DNA of 57,050 nucleotides, taken from the NCBI GenBank assembly GCA_048213135.1, contig PS015031.1, positions 6,114 to 63,163 of the forward strand. Direction: 5' to 3'. Positions 37,199-50,258 of this stretch are shown piece after piece. This DNA comes from Reclinomonas americana ATCC 50394 (taxonomy: Eukaryota). The notes under the pieces were generated by a model. The model was not told where the DNA came from. It made no database searches and saw only the letters and a list, made by a program, of their open reading frames with translations. Positions within the stretch are counted from its first letter, which is position 1; every line of letters starts with the position of its first letter. Made by a program: the position numbers and the translations under genes.

Positions 37199-40100
37199 CT
37201 ACAGCTGGCCGTTCGAGGGAGACATGTATGACAGCATCGGCTGCGAGCCTGGGGGTGTGGGCGGTCGCGGAGGCGGTGGCATCATTGTTGTCGTTGTGGT
37301 GGAGCCAGCAGACGACATGGTGGACAGCATCATGCTGGCGGCGGCGGCGAGTGGTGACACGGAACGCACCACTCCGCTTCCCGCGGCTGTCGGTGCGGTN
37401 NNNNNNNNNNNNNNNNNNNCGTCGTCCTCGTCGTCGTCGTCGTCATCATCATCATCATCATCATCATCCGAGTCACGCTCGTCCGAGTCCCCCTCGTCGT
37501 CATCACTCTCGTTCTCGGAGGCACTCGCCATGGCCTCGTCTTCCTTCTTCTTCTCCTCACCGTTCTCCTCCTCCTCGTCGTCCTCTGTCTCGGTCTTGAA
37601 CGTTCGCGATCCTTGAGCGAGACCACCGCGTTTGCCACGCTTGCCTCCACGCCCACGAAAGCCGCCTCGACCACCTCTGCCACCTCGTCCACCCCGCCCA
37701 CCGCGGCCACCACGGCTGCCGGGTCCGTACTTGCCACGTCGCACTTTCGGCGACACAATGACAATGTCGACAGAGCTGGAGCTGTCGCTGCCACCGTCTT
37801 CCTCCTCCTGGTCCGAGTCGGCAGTCTTTCGGCGCGGCGAATCCTGCTCCATGGCCACCACGCCGGCATTCTTCTCTGCGTCCGAGGTGTCGCCACGAGC
37901 GATTCGCGCTCGCGCACGACCACGCTTGCCGCTGGTTTCCTCGGCAGTCGACGACTCCGCCTCCGACTCAGACGATGATGACTGAGACTCGTCGCCGTTA
38001 CCATCACCGCTGCCGTCACGTTTGTCTCCGCCACCTCCTCCTCCTCCGCCGCCTCCTGCTCCACCACTTCCACCACCACTGTCACCGTTGCCGTTGGGGG
38101 CTGTGGGACGCGTTTGCTTGCCGCCACGCTTGCCACCACCACCACCACGCTTGCCTCCGCTCTTTCCACCTCGCTTGCCACCCTTGCCGCGCTTGACACC
38201 ATATGCCTGGCGAGCAAAAACGGAGCCGTCCGATGGCAACAGAGGAACGGCGGCCTTGCTGCTGCTGCTGTTGTCGACATCGTCCTGCACTCCGTCTTGC
38301 TTCTCTGCTTGACTCTCATCTCGCGGAGCACGCTTGCCGCGCTTGCCAGAGCGTGCAACAGAGGGGCCAGGTTCGATGGATGCGCTGCGACTGGACACGG
38401 CACTGCCGCCGACCGCAGCACCACTGTCAACACTCATTGGCACCGAGGGCGGCACACGCAGTGTGTTTTGCGGCACTGCAACAATTGCGCGCGGCGCCGC
38501 AATCTACGGCATCACCGCACACAGAAGCATGTGAGAACAAATCAACAAGGAGCACGCATCACTCTGTTCGCAGCACACAGACCTGCACGTCGGGCACCGA
38601 CAACGACGGCGAAGGTGTGTGCGGTGGGAGGGGCGGCAGTGGTGGCAGCAGCGGTGATGGCGGCGGTCGCTGAGGTGCTGCTGCCGGTGATGCGGATCGC
38701 GAGCCGGCTGCGAAATCACTGAGTGAATCGTCGTCCGAGTTCATCGACACTGACGAGCGTGCCGACTGCGATGTGGCCGAGAGCACTCGAGTCGCACTCG
38801 GCACCACCGCCACCGCGGGGGTGCTGACAGTTGACGCAGTGGTGGTGGTGGCCGTGGTAGTGGTGGTCGCGCTGTTGTTGCCAGGAGTCGACGGTGCGGC
38901 CGAGGTGGGATCTCGCCGCTTCTGCAGCTCCATGTACTTTTTGATGCGTCGCTCCACGGCTCGGAAGATGGCCTCCAGTGTGCGATTGTAGCCGGCTGCT
39001 TTCAGTCGTTCACTGATCTGCAAAGTCATAGCAGTGGTGGTGGNNNNNNNNNNNNNNNNNNNNGCCATCACAGCAACAGCAACAGCAACAGCGATACGCG
39101 CAGAGTACCTTCTTATCATCGCCGTCGTCGTCGAGCGAGGGCGATAGTGCTGACATGGGCAGTGATGACGATAGTGACGACAGTGAGGAGGACGATGATG
39201 ATGATGATGGTGGTGTTGTGCGTGGCAAGAGTGTTGTGCATCAGCAGCGACAGCAGCCGCAGCAGCCGCGTCGCACGCCTGGTGGTCAGTCACTCGCCAC
39301 ACGCACACACACAACAACAAGAAAAGTATGTGACTTTTCTTTGTGTTAACAGTGGTGGTTCACTTGCCGGGGAGTGTGGCGCCACGCGGGCCTGTGTTGG
39401 AGTTCGCCTCGTTGGCGGGTGTGGATGCCTCGGCCGCAGCATTGTCGGCCACTGATGGCGTGACGACTCGTGGACTGATGACATGGGGCGGTGGCAGTGT
39501 GCACGAGCAGCAGCAGCAGCAACAGGCGTCCACTATCCGCAATGGTTTGCGTGCCTTATATGCTTTTGTTCTTTTGTTTATTAGCGACTGATGACGATAA
39601 GCAACGCAGGCTTCTGGAGCAAGGAAGGTACGGTTTTTTGCGTGCATGTGTGCATGTGATTCGACGTTAGTTTTGGCGCGCGCTTGGGTGACATGTCGCA
39701 CCCATGTCGCGCGCGTGTGCCGCCCACACTGGCGCATCAGTGATGCTTTTGTGTGTGTTACCGCTAGTGCACTGTGTGTCTGTGTTGCTGTGCACGAAAA
39801 GAGCGTGTGGAGACTGGAGGGAACGCGTGGACTTGTCCAATGTGATTTACATTGCGTGTTGTCTTTCTTTGTGTGTGTGCGTCTGCAGAGGAGAAGATCC
39901 TGCGACAGTGTGGTGTGTATTCTGGGGCCGATGAGACCGGGCGCATCCCGTTTGAAATGGCCGTCGAGGTGTGGTGTTGGTCGTGTGCTACTTCGGGGCG
40001 CTAATGATGATTGTGGCTGATCANNNNNNNNNNNNNNNNNNNNTGATGTTGTTGAGGAAGAGCACGCTTTCCCTTGGAGACAGTGGCCGCAGTCGCCAGT

Positions 40101-40222
40101 GACAGCAGTCCACCCAGTCCCCTTCCCGCACTGATGCTGTTGCTGCTGATGCTGTTGCGCATCACAAGTGGAGGCACAGAGGGCACAGCACCTCCGCCTC
40201 CACTGATTCCACCATACTCCAT
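37199..40222 (-). CDS. Low-complexity nuclear protein with a trihelix/Myb-SANT-like domain, KRGG/RGG repeats and acidic tracts
   Basis: Reads through only if contig 39064-40023 is flipped (LPQQHQ|PSQQQ exact join). Spliced segment SVWRLE..EKILRQC...VEISERLKAAGYNRTLEAIFRAVERRIKKY resembles the trihelix pattern W...E...L...I...L...GY.RT........Y. Confidence 0.6.
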
Positions 40223-40435
40223 CGTTGCGCGCGCTCGCAAAAGTGACTTGTAAGTGTTTGCTATGTGCAGCGAGCATGCAATTGTCATTAGTGTTTGTCT
40301 TTTGTGTTTGCAATGGAGGAGCCAAGCTCATCAGTGCCTCCTGCGCTCTTGCAACAGTGCACAAAGAGCGCCACAGTTGCGCCACACATGCTTTCCACAG
40401 AGTGTCACATCTCTTACTTTTTTGTTTGTTTTTTT

Positions 40436-43400
40436 ATGAAAAAAAAGGTGACTTTGAGTGCCTCTGATGGTGACATTGCGTCGCTCATTGATGAGCTGGG
40501 CGGGGTGTTGGCGGATAATGCGCGACTGGAGGATGTTGACTTTGAGGGTCGGTCGAGCTTATCTCTCACTAGGCGACTGTGTGTTTTGTTGCTCACACTC
40601 ACTTGCTCACTTGCTCTCTGTGTGTGTGTGTCTGTGTGTGTCTATATGTGTGTGTTTGTTTGCAGGAGTGACTCTGGGCGATGAGGACGCAGAGTCGTTT
40701 TGTCTGACTCTGTTGGGCCCGCAGACTGCAGCGCGAGTCAAGCACCTCTCCATGCCCTGTTGCGTTGACTAAGGAGACTCTGAGAGAGGGGCCCTCTCTC
40801 TCTCTTACTCACTCTCACTCACTGTCTCTTGCTCAGATGTGGGCGCTGGTTTCCGCACTGCATGCACTCTTGGTGATCGATTGGTCGCGCATCGGTTCTT
40901 GGAGGAGCTGGACTTGGCAGGCGCGTGGAGCCCTCTCTCTCTCTTTCTCACTCACTCATTCGTGTGAGGGCTTACTCTGTGTGTGTGTGTGTGTCACAGG
41001 CAATGAGTTTGGTGACGATGGAGTGGTGGCACTGGCCACGTCGCTGCGGAGCAATCTCATTCTGCGGTTTCTCAGTCTCTCGGGTGAGGCGAGAGAAGAA
41101 GGGAGGAGAGAGGGAGACGAGGGAGAGGAGCAAGGATNNNNNNNNNNNNNNNNNNNNNNNNNNNNNNNNNNNNNNNNNNNNNNNNNNNNNNNNNNNNNNN
41201 NNNNNNNNNNNNNNNNNNNNNNNNNNNNNNNNNNNNNNNNNNNNNNNNTCGAGCACCTCATCCTCTTCTGCACCCTGTACAGTGTTCCTTTCTGCTTAGA
41301 CAGTCCTTCAGGCACCGTGCCCTCTGCTGCACTCTGCACACTCCCCCTTTCAGCTTGCACGGTTGGAGCTGATCAATCGTCTCTCATGGCATTCCTTCAT
41401 TCCTCCGCTCACTGTCATTCTTCAGGTACCGGTTGTGGCGATCGAGGTGCCAAGGCCATCGCTGCGGCATTGGAGGTGAACAGCACGTTGCACTTTTTGG
41501 ATCTTTCTTGTTGCGTACCCCTCGCGACCTCCCCTTCTCCCTGTGCCTGGTCGTCTCACTGTGTGAACGCAGATTGTGAGATCCAATCAAGGGGCGCCGC
41601 GTCGCTGGCTGACGCTCTGCGCATCAACGCTGGCCTGCAGGAGCTCGACTTGCGCACGAACCCGTTGAGTGACTGTGCGGTGCTGTTTGCGGAGGCGCTG
41701 CGCAGCAACCGTGACTCGCACCTGACTGTGTTGGAGTTGCCGGGCATGTCGGCCGACGATCGGCTGCTGTTGTACGGTGCAATGCCGACGAAGAAGGCTC
41801 TCGCTCCCGTAGAACCAGCACGACCGGCGCCACCGCCTGCGGCAGTTGCTGCGCCGCCACCACCACCACAGCAGCCGGCTCATCAACACCACCACCATCA
41901 TCATCATCAGGTACACCCGCAAAATCACCAGCGACACGAACACGGCCACGTACCAGCAGATGGCGAGGATGATTACCTTGACGAACACGACGAGGACGAG
42001 GATGAGGATGAAGACGATGACGACGATCCACCACCACCACCACCGCCCCCACCGGCGGCAGCACCTGCTCCTGCGTCTGCGCCACCACCTGCTCCTGCTC
42101 CACCACCTCCAGCCCCCGCTCCACCACCTGCTCCCGAAGCCGCTCCACCACCTCCCGTTTCTGTCCCATTGCCCGCTCCCGTCGCCGTTCCACCACCTGC
42201 TCCCGTCGCCGCACCACCACCTCCATCACCAATGCCACCGCCTGTTGCCTCACCACCCGTAGAAGCATCAAAGCCCGTCGCGCCAGCCCCGTTATCTCTG
42301 GAGCCCCTGCCACCAGCAACTGAGCCGACGCCAGCTGAGCCTGCGTCGCCACCATCGCCTGGCTTTGTAGTCACTGTGTCGCCCTTGTTGTCGGTGCCCC
42401 TCCCGCCACCGCCTCCTGCCCCTTCACGAGCGGCTCCACCGGCGGCGGCTGCCTCTGATCACGCGTCCCCAGCGCCATCGCGTCCTCCGGCGATCCATGT
42501 TCCTCCCGCAGGCCACGAAGTGGCGCCCGCACCGCCAGTGCCACCCCCTGCACCGCAGGTAGACACGCCCGTGACACCGTCGACTCCTTCGTCGTCGGCT
42601 GCAAATGGCACGGCGTTGGAGGCGGTCACACTGGAGACCACGATGGAAGTCCTGCTGGATGCGGTGGCGGCGCACAACAAGTGGCCGCCGAAAATCGCCG
42701 CGCCGCTGGCCGCCACCTTTGAGGAGAATGTTGCGTGCGCTGGCTTTCTTGTACACTTTGTAATGTCTTTCTCACGCTCTGTGGTCGACGCACAGTTTAT
42801 TGTCACAGTGGAGACACTGTTGCACAACTGGCATGAGGTGCCGGGGTTCGGCGTCAAGTCGGTTCCGCTCAACTGCATTCGCCAATACCTGCTCAAGACA
42901 GTGGAGGAAAGCGGTGCGCTGCTGCTGCACATTCATATTCCCGCTTTATGTGTATCTGATCTGCTCCGCAGTGTTGAGAAAGTACCCGCCGTTCTGGGAT
43001 CCATTGCCACCCGCTTCACCAATGGCGACTGGCGCCGCTGCGGCCTCCGCCGCCGCCATGCTCATGGGCGATGTCAAAGTACAGACGTCGTTTGCACCGC
43101 CTCCAGCTCCGCCACCACCACCACCGCCGGCGCCGCCACCACCGCCGCCACCACCGGCAAGAAAGGCTGCAGGTTCGTGTCCCGCATGCTCACCTTCCTT
43201 TCCCACTGTAGATTTCGCTCATTGCATACATGCAGGAGTGGCCGGTGCCGCGGCGGGAGCATTGCTGGCAGGCATCAAGAGTCCACCATCGCTCAAGGCC
43301 GCACAAGCGGTGAGTTGGCTTTTTTTTTGCGCTCACGCCGCAGATTGATCCCTCACTCTCTTCCACCTCATTGCAGAATGGCCCGAGGTTATCCACCGAC

Positions 43401-43538
43401 CCATCGGTCGACCTGATGGGTGAACTCACTCGCCGACTGAGCATGCGAAGAGCGTCGCTGACGGCGAGCAAGAAGGGCAAGAAGTTGAAGAAGGACAGCG
43501 ACTCGGAATCCTCCGAAGACGAGTCAGAGAAATGGTGA
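40436..43538 (+). CDS. LRR - His/acidic - polyproline - small folded domain - WH2/Central/Acidic (WCA-like) protein
   Basis: LRR exons (LEELDLAGNEFGDDGVVALA, LQELDLRTNPL); long Pro-rich region; GALLAGIKSPPSLKAA; DLMGELTRRLSMRRASL; DSDSESSEDESEKW*. Confidence 0.8.
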
Positions 43539-43598
43539 TAATACATAAACAGGCAGGAGTCGTATATTATCATTATTGGTGGCGATGGTGGTGGTGGT

Positions 43599-46500
43599 TC
43601 ATGAGGCTCCCTTTTTCTGCTTGCCTGTCAACATCAAATCACGCCGCGGTTTCCTCGCCGATGCGTCGAGGGAAGGCAACGTCACTGTTCCCGCTCCTCC
43701 CGTGGGACTGGCTTTCGGTGGCGCGCCCGCACCTCGTGGCGACATGATGGGCGGTGGGGCGGCGACACGAGGCGATGCGGCAACTGGCGAGCGCGGTGAT
43801 TTGCGCGAGAGCGAGGGGTCGGCAGTGGCGCCGGCGAGCACGTCATGCGGCAGCGACATGGGTGGTGGGTGACTACGGCGGAGCAGCGGCACGCGCGAGC
43901 TCTTCGAGTGGTTGGGTTGCGGAGGCGGTGGTGGCGGTGGCGCGCCAGACGGGGTGGTTGAAGTTGCCGTGGACGAGCTGCCGCTGATTGGATCACCACC
44001 ACCACTGCTGGCACTGCCGGGCGCCGACGGGGTGGATGCGCCATTGGCAGCGGCGGAAGCACCACTGTCCGTCGACTGCGACAATGGTGGCGTCTTGCGG
44101 CCGTTCGCCTTGCGCCAGTTCGTGGAGCTGCGCACCGGCTGCAGAGGCGTCACGAGTCCCGAGCGTTGCATCAGGTCGCGCACAAGTTGCCGGCTGCGAG
44201 GCGACGTCTGACCAGTGGGCTGTCGCGGTGACAACAGTTTGCCGCCGCCGCGTGGGGAAGTAACGTTGGTCGGCAGCAGCCGGAGCGCGTGCGGTCTCCG
44301 CGGCGACACCACCACCGATACGACTTTGGAGGGTGACGTCGGGTCGCGATGAATGCCCACAAACTCCTTCGGGCCCGGTGCGATCATGCGCTCGTTCGCC
44401 ACGGCCACCGCCGGTGGGATCATCAGTGACGAATGCTGCTGCAATGAGGCGAAGAAGTGAGTGAGGAGGAATATCAGAGCAGCGTAGAAATGGCAAGCGC
44501 GACAGGAAAGGCGAGCAACGTGAGCACGAACTGCTGCACTTACCTTTGGCTGCTGTTCGACCAGTTGTGTGGATGGCGGTTCGGTGGGAGCCGAAGGGGG
44601 CAGTGCTGAACTTGAGTCGACTGGTGGCGTGGAGAGTACCTTGTGGCTGCCGCTGCCGTCCTCCATGGGCCGAATCAGTGGCGGAGACGGCGTGTCGCCA
44701 TAGTACTCTTCGAGTGTCGGCGACCAGGCCACACGCTTGGTGCCGCCACCGCCGCCGCCGAGTGGCGACGAGGAGCGCCCCTCGTGCTGTCGTAACCGCA
44801 TCGCCGCCACCTCCAGCATCGGCGCAATGAGACCGGAGGCGGCCTCCACAATATCGTGCGGCGATGGACTTGGCGATCGGGTGCGACGCCCGCCGCTGCC
44901 GTTGCTGCCAGCTGGCGACTGCGACCGTGACCGTGAGGCCGCTGCCAAGCGTATTTGCAATTCGTACAACTCCAGGGTCGTCAGCGGTTCGGTCGGCAGA
45001 TTTGCAATGTCCTCGGTGGCCACCACCGCCTCCTGCGCGCGCACCACCAGGGCGCGCTCATACAACCCCACCGTGTACGGGTAGAGGGCGTCGAGTGAGT
45101 TCTGCTCGTTTTGCAGCCGCCCAATGACACGAGAAACCTCAGTTCGTCTCCGGGTGAGGAAGACAATCTGCGTTGAGGAAGCAGAGAAGGTGAGGGTGGA
45201 CGGAAGTAAGAAGGCCTCTCTCTCGCGCGCGCGCGCACGTACCTCGGTCTTGCGCCGCTCCACCATGATTTTGGCGTCGGGGTCGAGTTTGCCCTCGTTG
45301 GCGGCGAGCGAGGTGCGGCACGATGTCAACTTCTCCTCCAGCTGTTGCGCCTCGCTGAGCAGAATGCTCATGCGATCGACGAGAACGTCGATCTCCGTAC
45401 GCAGTCGGTTCCGAATAGTGAGGAGTTGCGCCAGCGTGACGGGCTTGAGGTAGGTGCGCACAATCTCGGCGAGATTCTTGCCCTGCTGGGCTTGCACGAT
45501 CTGCAACAAGGGGGAGGGGAAGGGGAAGAGACGGGGGAAGTGAGAAGGAGAAGGAGGACGGAGGAGGGGGAAGGAGAAGGAAAGGAGAGGGGAGCGAGAG
45601 GAGAGAAAGGGAACGAGGAAAGGAGATGGGAGGATCGAAGAAAGGGAAGAGATGGATAAAGCGGAGGAAGGAGAGAAGGAGGAGACGGCGCCATTGCTCG
45701 TGTCTCTCAATCTTTTCTGTCTGCCCGACAGCCTCCCTACCACCTGTTTCTCAGTTCCTCCTCTCTCCCTATCTCTCTCTCTCTCTCCTCCCCTTCCCCC
45801 ACCCTCTCCACACAAACGCAACAGCCTTGACAACCAGCTCACGCGCACGCGCCAGCGACACCCGCGGCACCCACGGCGGCAACAGATTCACATTGAAGCA
45901 CACCTCCTCGCCNNNNNNNNNNNNNNNNNNNNATCGGCCTGCTCCACCGCCTCCCGATGCGCATCCATGGCCTCGGGCGAGACAATGAAGTCATCCAGCA
46001 ACCCAATGCCCGGCAACACCACGCGCATCATCGGCTGCGGCGGAGGCGACGCGGGAGGCGATCGCGGACGCATCATCATCATCATGGACGGCGACAGAGG
46101 CGACGACTCAAACACCGATCCCGTGCGCGCCCTCTGCAGCACCTGCTTATGCGACGACGGCGATCGATGCACCTCCCGATCGCCCACCGGACTGCGACTA
46201 CGCTGCCTCCCGCGATCCCTGCTGCTCTCCATCATTTGCTCCACAGTCAACGACACATGCGAGGCCTCGGAGGCCTCCGAGTCCTCGTCCCCTGGCACAG
46301 GCAGAAAGAGCGGATCATCGTCCATCCCATGCCCATCAGTGGGCGATCCCGAGCGCGTGGCAAAGTTCCCAAAGTCCGATGTCGTCATCAACGTCTTGAA
46401 CTCGTCAAACGTTAGCTCACCAGTGTCTGCGCTCTCAGTGAGACAGAGACTGTGAGACACGCAAGAGAGGAGCACACTGACCGTCCTTGTCGACTGAGTG

Positions 46501-46871
46501 GAGGTACTTGCGGACTTGTGCCTCTGTGACTGTGTGCCCGAGGATCTCGAGAATGCTCTTGAGCTCGCCTGCGTCAATGAGTCCACTGATTGACAGAGAG
46601 TGAGTGAATGAGAGAGAGAGAGAGAGAGTGAGAGTGTGAGAGAGTACCTCTGATCGCGGTCGACCATGTTAAAGGCAATGCGCAGTTCTTCTTCTCGTCG
46701 TCGGTCGATCATGGCATCGGCATGTGCATTCTGACAGAGAGAGGCGTTGCGCACATATACAGTCAGTGTCTTATGTGTGAGCGTGTGTGTCTCTCTCTTT
46801 GTGTGTCATTGTGTAACTGAGGCTTTGTGATCGATCACGCGCGCGATTGGGCGGCGACGGAGGCCGCTCAT
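43599..46871 (-). CDS. EF-hand protein with a central coiled coil and Ser/Pro-rich C-terminus
   Basis: ELRIAFNMVDRDQ..ELKSILEILG..VTEAQVRKYLHSVDKD.TGELTFDEFKTLM (calmodulin-like pair); heptad region IRNRLRTEIDVLVDRMSILLSEAQQLEEKL; start exon tentative. Confidence 0.7.
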
Positions 46872-48057
46872 CGTTGGGCGGTGGAAGGAAGAGAGGGTGA
46901 GAGATATTGGATGCGGGACTTTTTTGTGTTCGGTTTCGTTCTTCTTTGGTGTGCGACGTTGTGTGATTGCGTGAATACGTAGAGAACGTGTAGTGGTGAG
47001 GTGAGGGAGCGAGTTGGGATTGAAATTCTGGAGAGAAATCGAGCTCGGATTTGCATTTTCTGCACACGTCGCTCGTCCATTGCAAAAGAACGCGAAGCAC
47101 CTGCGTGCGGCTCTCACTATCTCCTGCTTCTCACCGCTCGGTGACGGTTTGTCATTCGCTTCTCTCTTGCCGGGCTGCTTCTTGAGGTGAAATGGAAAAT
47201 ATCGAAGTCGCCGCCGTCTTCTGTCGACAAGGGCCGCGACCACGCCACCGCCATAAGGAGTGGCTCGAGTGAATACAGGCGCTTTTCTGAAGTCAAACTC
47301 GGCAATACGTGACGATCAACAGGTGGCGGTTTGACAGCAGCCCATCTCTCTTTCCTCACTTTCCCGCACCCTGTCTCTTTTCTCTCTCTCCCTCTCACCT
47401 GCAGCCGGTTGCATGCAGTACAAGCGACGTGCTCCTGTAATCTCTCGCAAGATCTATGGTCCTTGGGCACACAGGCAGGGCGGTACGACTAGTTCTCTCG
47501 CACGTAGCAGAAAAGTGGCCGAACCACGGTCCTCACGCACAAAGGCCCAGTGTGATAACTGCTGGCCGAGCCAAGCAACTCTCCGAAAGTAATATCACGA
47601 ACACGGCACTCAGAGGCGAGACACCAGAGACTCNNNNNNNNNNNNNNNNNNNNNNNNNNNNNNNNNNNNNNNNNNNNNNNNNNNNNNNNNNNNNNNNNNN
47701 NNNNNNNNNNNNNNNNNNNNNNNNNNNNNNNNNNNNNNNNNNNNNNNNNNNNNNNNNNNNNNNNNNNNNNNNNNNNNNNNNNNNNNNNNNNNNNNNNNNN
47801 NNNNNNNNNNNNNNNNNNNNNNNNNNNNNNNNNNNNNNNNNNNNNNNNNNNNNNNNNNNNNNNNNNNNNNNNNNNNNNNNNNNNNNNNNNNNNNNNNNNN
47901 NNNNNNNNNNNNNNNNNNNNNNNNNNNNNNNNNNNNNNNNNNNNNNNNNNNNNNNNNNNNNNNNNNNNNNNNNNNNNNNNNNNNNNNNNNNNNNNNNNNN
48001 NNNNNNNNNNNNNNNNNNNNNNNNNNNNNNNNNNNNNNNNNNNNNNNNNNNNNNNNC

Positions 48058-48829
48058 TCCCGCATCAGGTGCAGATCCCGATCCCGAGCCACCTGCAAGA
48101 CAACGGCGTCAGAGGCGTGAGGTGTAACGTGGGGGACATCAAGGACAGACAGACCAACGGGGCTGTCTTCCCACTGAATGTCGAGAGCGGCCAAACACGG
48201 ATCGACGAGTACAGGCCAGGGACAGTCACACGCAGCGGCAATCCTCTGCATCTCGGCCTCATTCGCGGCCGCCGCCGCCGCCATCAACTCATGCCTCCCG
48301 CGCTGCACCTCGCTGTTCCACTCGGCAATCGACGCAAACAGAGCCACTTTTTCCGGAGTCAATCGCACTGCAACCATCTGTCCCTTCCCGTTCTCAATGT
48401 GCACAACATCCTCTCCAGGCGCCATCCGCTGCCAAGACACCAACTTGAGAGTCGATGTCGACTTACACAACAGACACACACGTGAGAGGCAAAAGACAAA
48501 CCCTCGGCGCTGGCTCAAAGAGCTTTGTGTACACATAGATGTGCATCTCCGTTAGTGGTCGCACCTTGACCTCTCGATTGGCTACACAAACACACACAAG
48601 AGGACATGTCAACGGACCAGCAAACGCACGCACACACGCGCGCAAGTTGTGGAATGTGTGTGCGTGTGTCTCTCTCTCTCTCTTGCTCGTCTGCTTCCCA
48701 CGCACCTAGGACAGAGGGACGGGCGACTCCACTTGCGCCTGCGGCGCCGCCTGCGCCTGCGGGTTGTGCGACATCAGCTGATGTCGGCTTGTTTGGAGGT
48801 TGTCCACTGAGCGGATTCTGCTCGGCCAT
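48058..48829 (-). CDS. Hypothetical protein, 5' exons; runs into a gap
   Basis: MAEQNPLSGQPPNKP.. exon with a GTGCGT donor, followed by coding-like segments; no family recognised. Confidence 0.4.
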
Positions 48830-50258
48830 CTTGCTGTTCCTGTTGTACTGTAGCGCAAGCAGAAGCGGGGAGAGTGATCGGTGGCGATAGTGACTGGGCG
48901 AGGGCGAGGGTGAGCGGGTGGTGGAGGCGTCGGTGGTCAGAGTCAGAGTTCGTGTGTTGTTGTTGCCGCTCACGCAAACTCCCATGCACCGGTGCACGTT
49001 ACACTGATGCGCGGAAAGGGGGAGACGAGGAGTGGGGAGAGAGAGAGTGCGAGTGGCTGTGTGTTCAGAGGGAAAACAGTGAGTGAGAGGTTTTTTGGCG
49101 CGCTTCACACAGGGAGAGGTGATGAGCGTTCTGTGCGTGCTGTTGGTGTGTGTGTCTGGCTGTGTGTGTATCAACGCACCACACTCTGCTGCGTGTGTGA
49201 TTGTGGGGCGTGCGGTGAAAATTCGCCGTTTCGCGGTGTGTGGTGACGTCTGGCGATTCGAGTGCGCGGGTGACGTCGACGGTATACGTGGTGAAGTGAG
49301 GGAGAAGAAAGGCGAGCGAGGTTTGATGTGGAGGAAGATGGCGGCGGGGGGAATTCAGGAAGCGACGTCGACGTCGTGCTGGTTGAGCTGGCCATGGGGG
49401 AAGGTAACGAAAGGAAGCCATGTAGCTGAGTGCGAGGATGTCTGTAGGCGCTGCGTTGATAAACAGGTCGGTGACATGTACCAATGCAAGAATTTGCAAT
49501 TGAATTCGAATTCGCGATCGCGATCGAAATCGACAGAGTTCAAACAGGCTAGAATTCGAAGGTACGGCCTGCAGTGTATCAGCGGGTCCAGAGTTGGGAG
49601 AGAAAAGCCGCTGTTGCTGTTCACTGGAGAATTCGAATTCGATTGCGAGTTGCAATTGTGCAGCTTGGAACTGCTTTCGAATTCCCCGGTCCCCACTTCC
49701 GCACCAGGTGGGGAATTCACTGGAGTTGGTAAACAGTGGGGGCCAGGCACCACGGTCAAGCGAGGTCGAAACTGGCGACGCAACTGCGCGCGACCTTGGA
49801 ATGTAATATCGGTTGTAAAATCCGAGAGCAAACACACACAAGGAACCCGCTGCTGCCTCAAGATTGGGATTTGTGTTGATGTTTGGATGACGGTTGCACT
49901 GGTCATCAAGGCAGCTGTTAACGTCGCAATTGCTTGTTCAAAATTTGTTGGCCGCTGCGCATGCAAATGCATGGTGAATTCGAATTCGAATGCATACGAA
50001 TTCAAATTTCGCAAAGAAAACACTTCATTCACCACATTCATAACGTGACAAACGCCCACAAATCCCTTGCCGACAAAAACCAATTGCAAGACACAACTAC
50101 CCAAATAATATTTGTTGTGATTGTTGTTCAAAAAATTAGGAAACCTGCAAGCAGAATAACATACGTTTCCTGCGCACAGTTCAGTGTCCACCCTTTCCGC
50201 TCCCTCATCAGCAGCTGCACGCCGAACGACAACATGCATCGTGGACAAATCCAAATCG

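Noticed and set aside
49500-50000. Heat-shock elements
   Set aside because: GAA and TTC are adjacent rather than in nGAAnnTTCn spacing
49065-50048. Overlapping 258-aa and 321-aa ORFs
   Set aside because: No recognisable domain or coherent exon structure; probably chance ORFs
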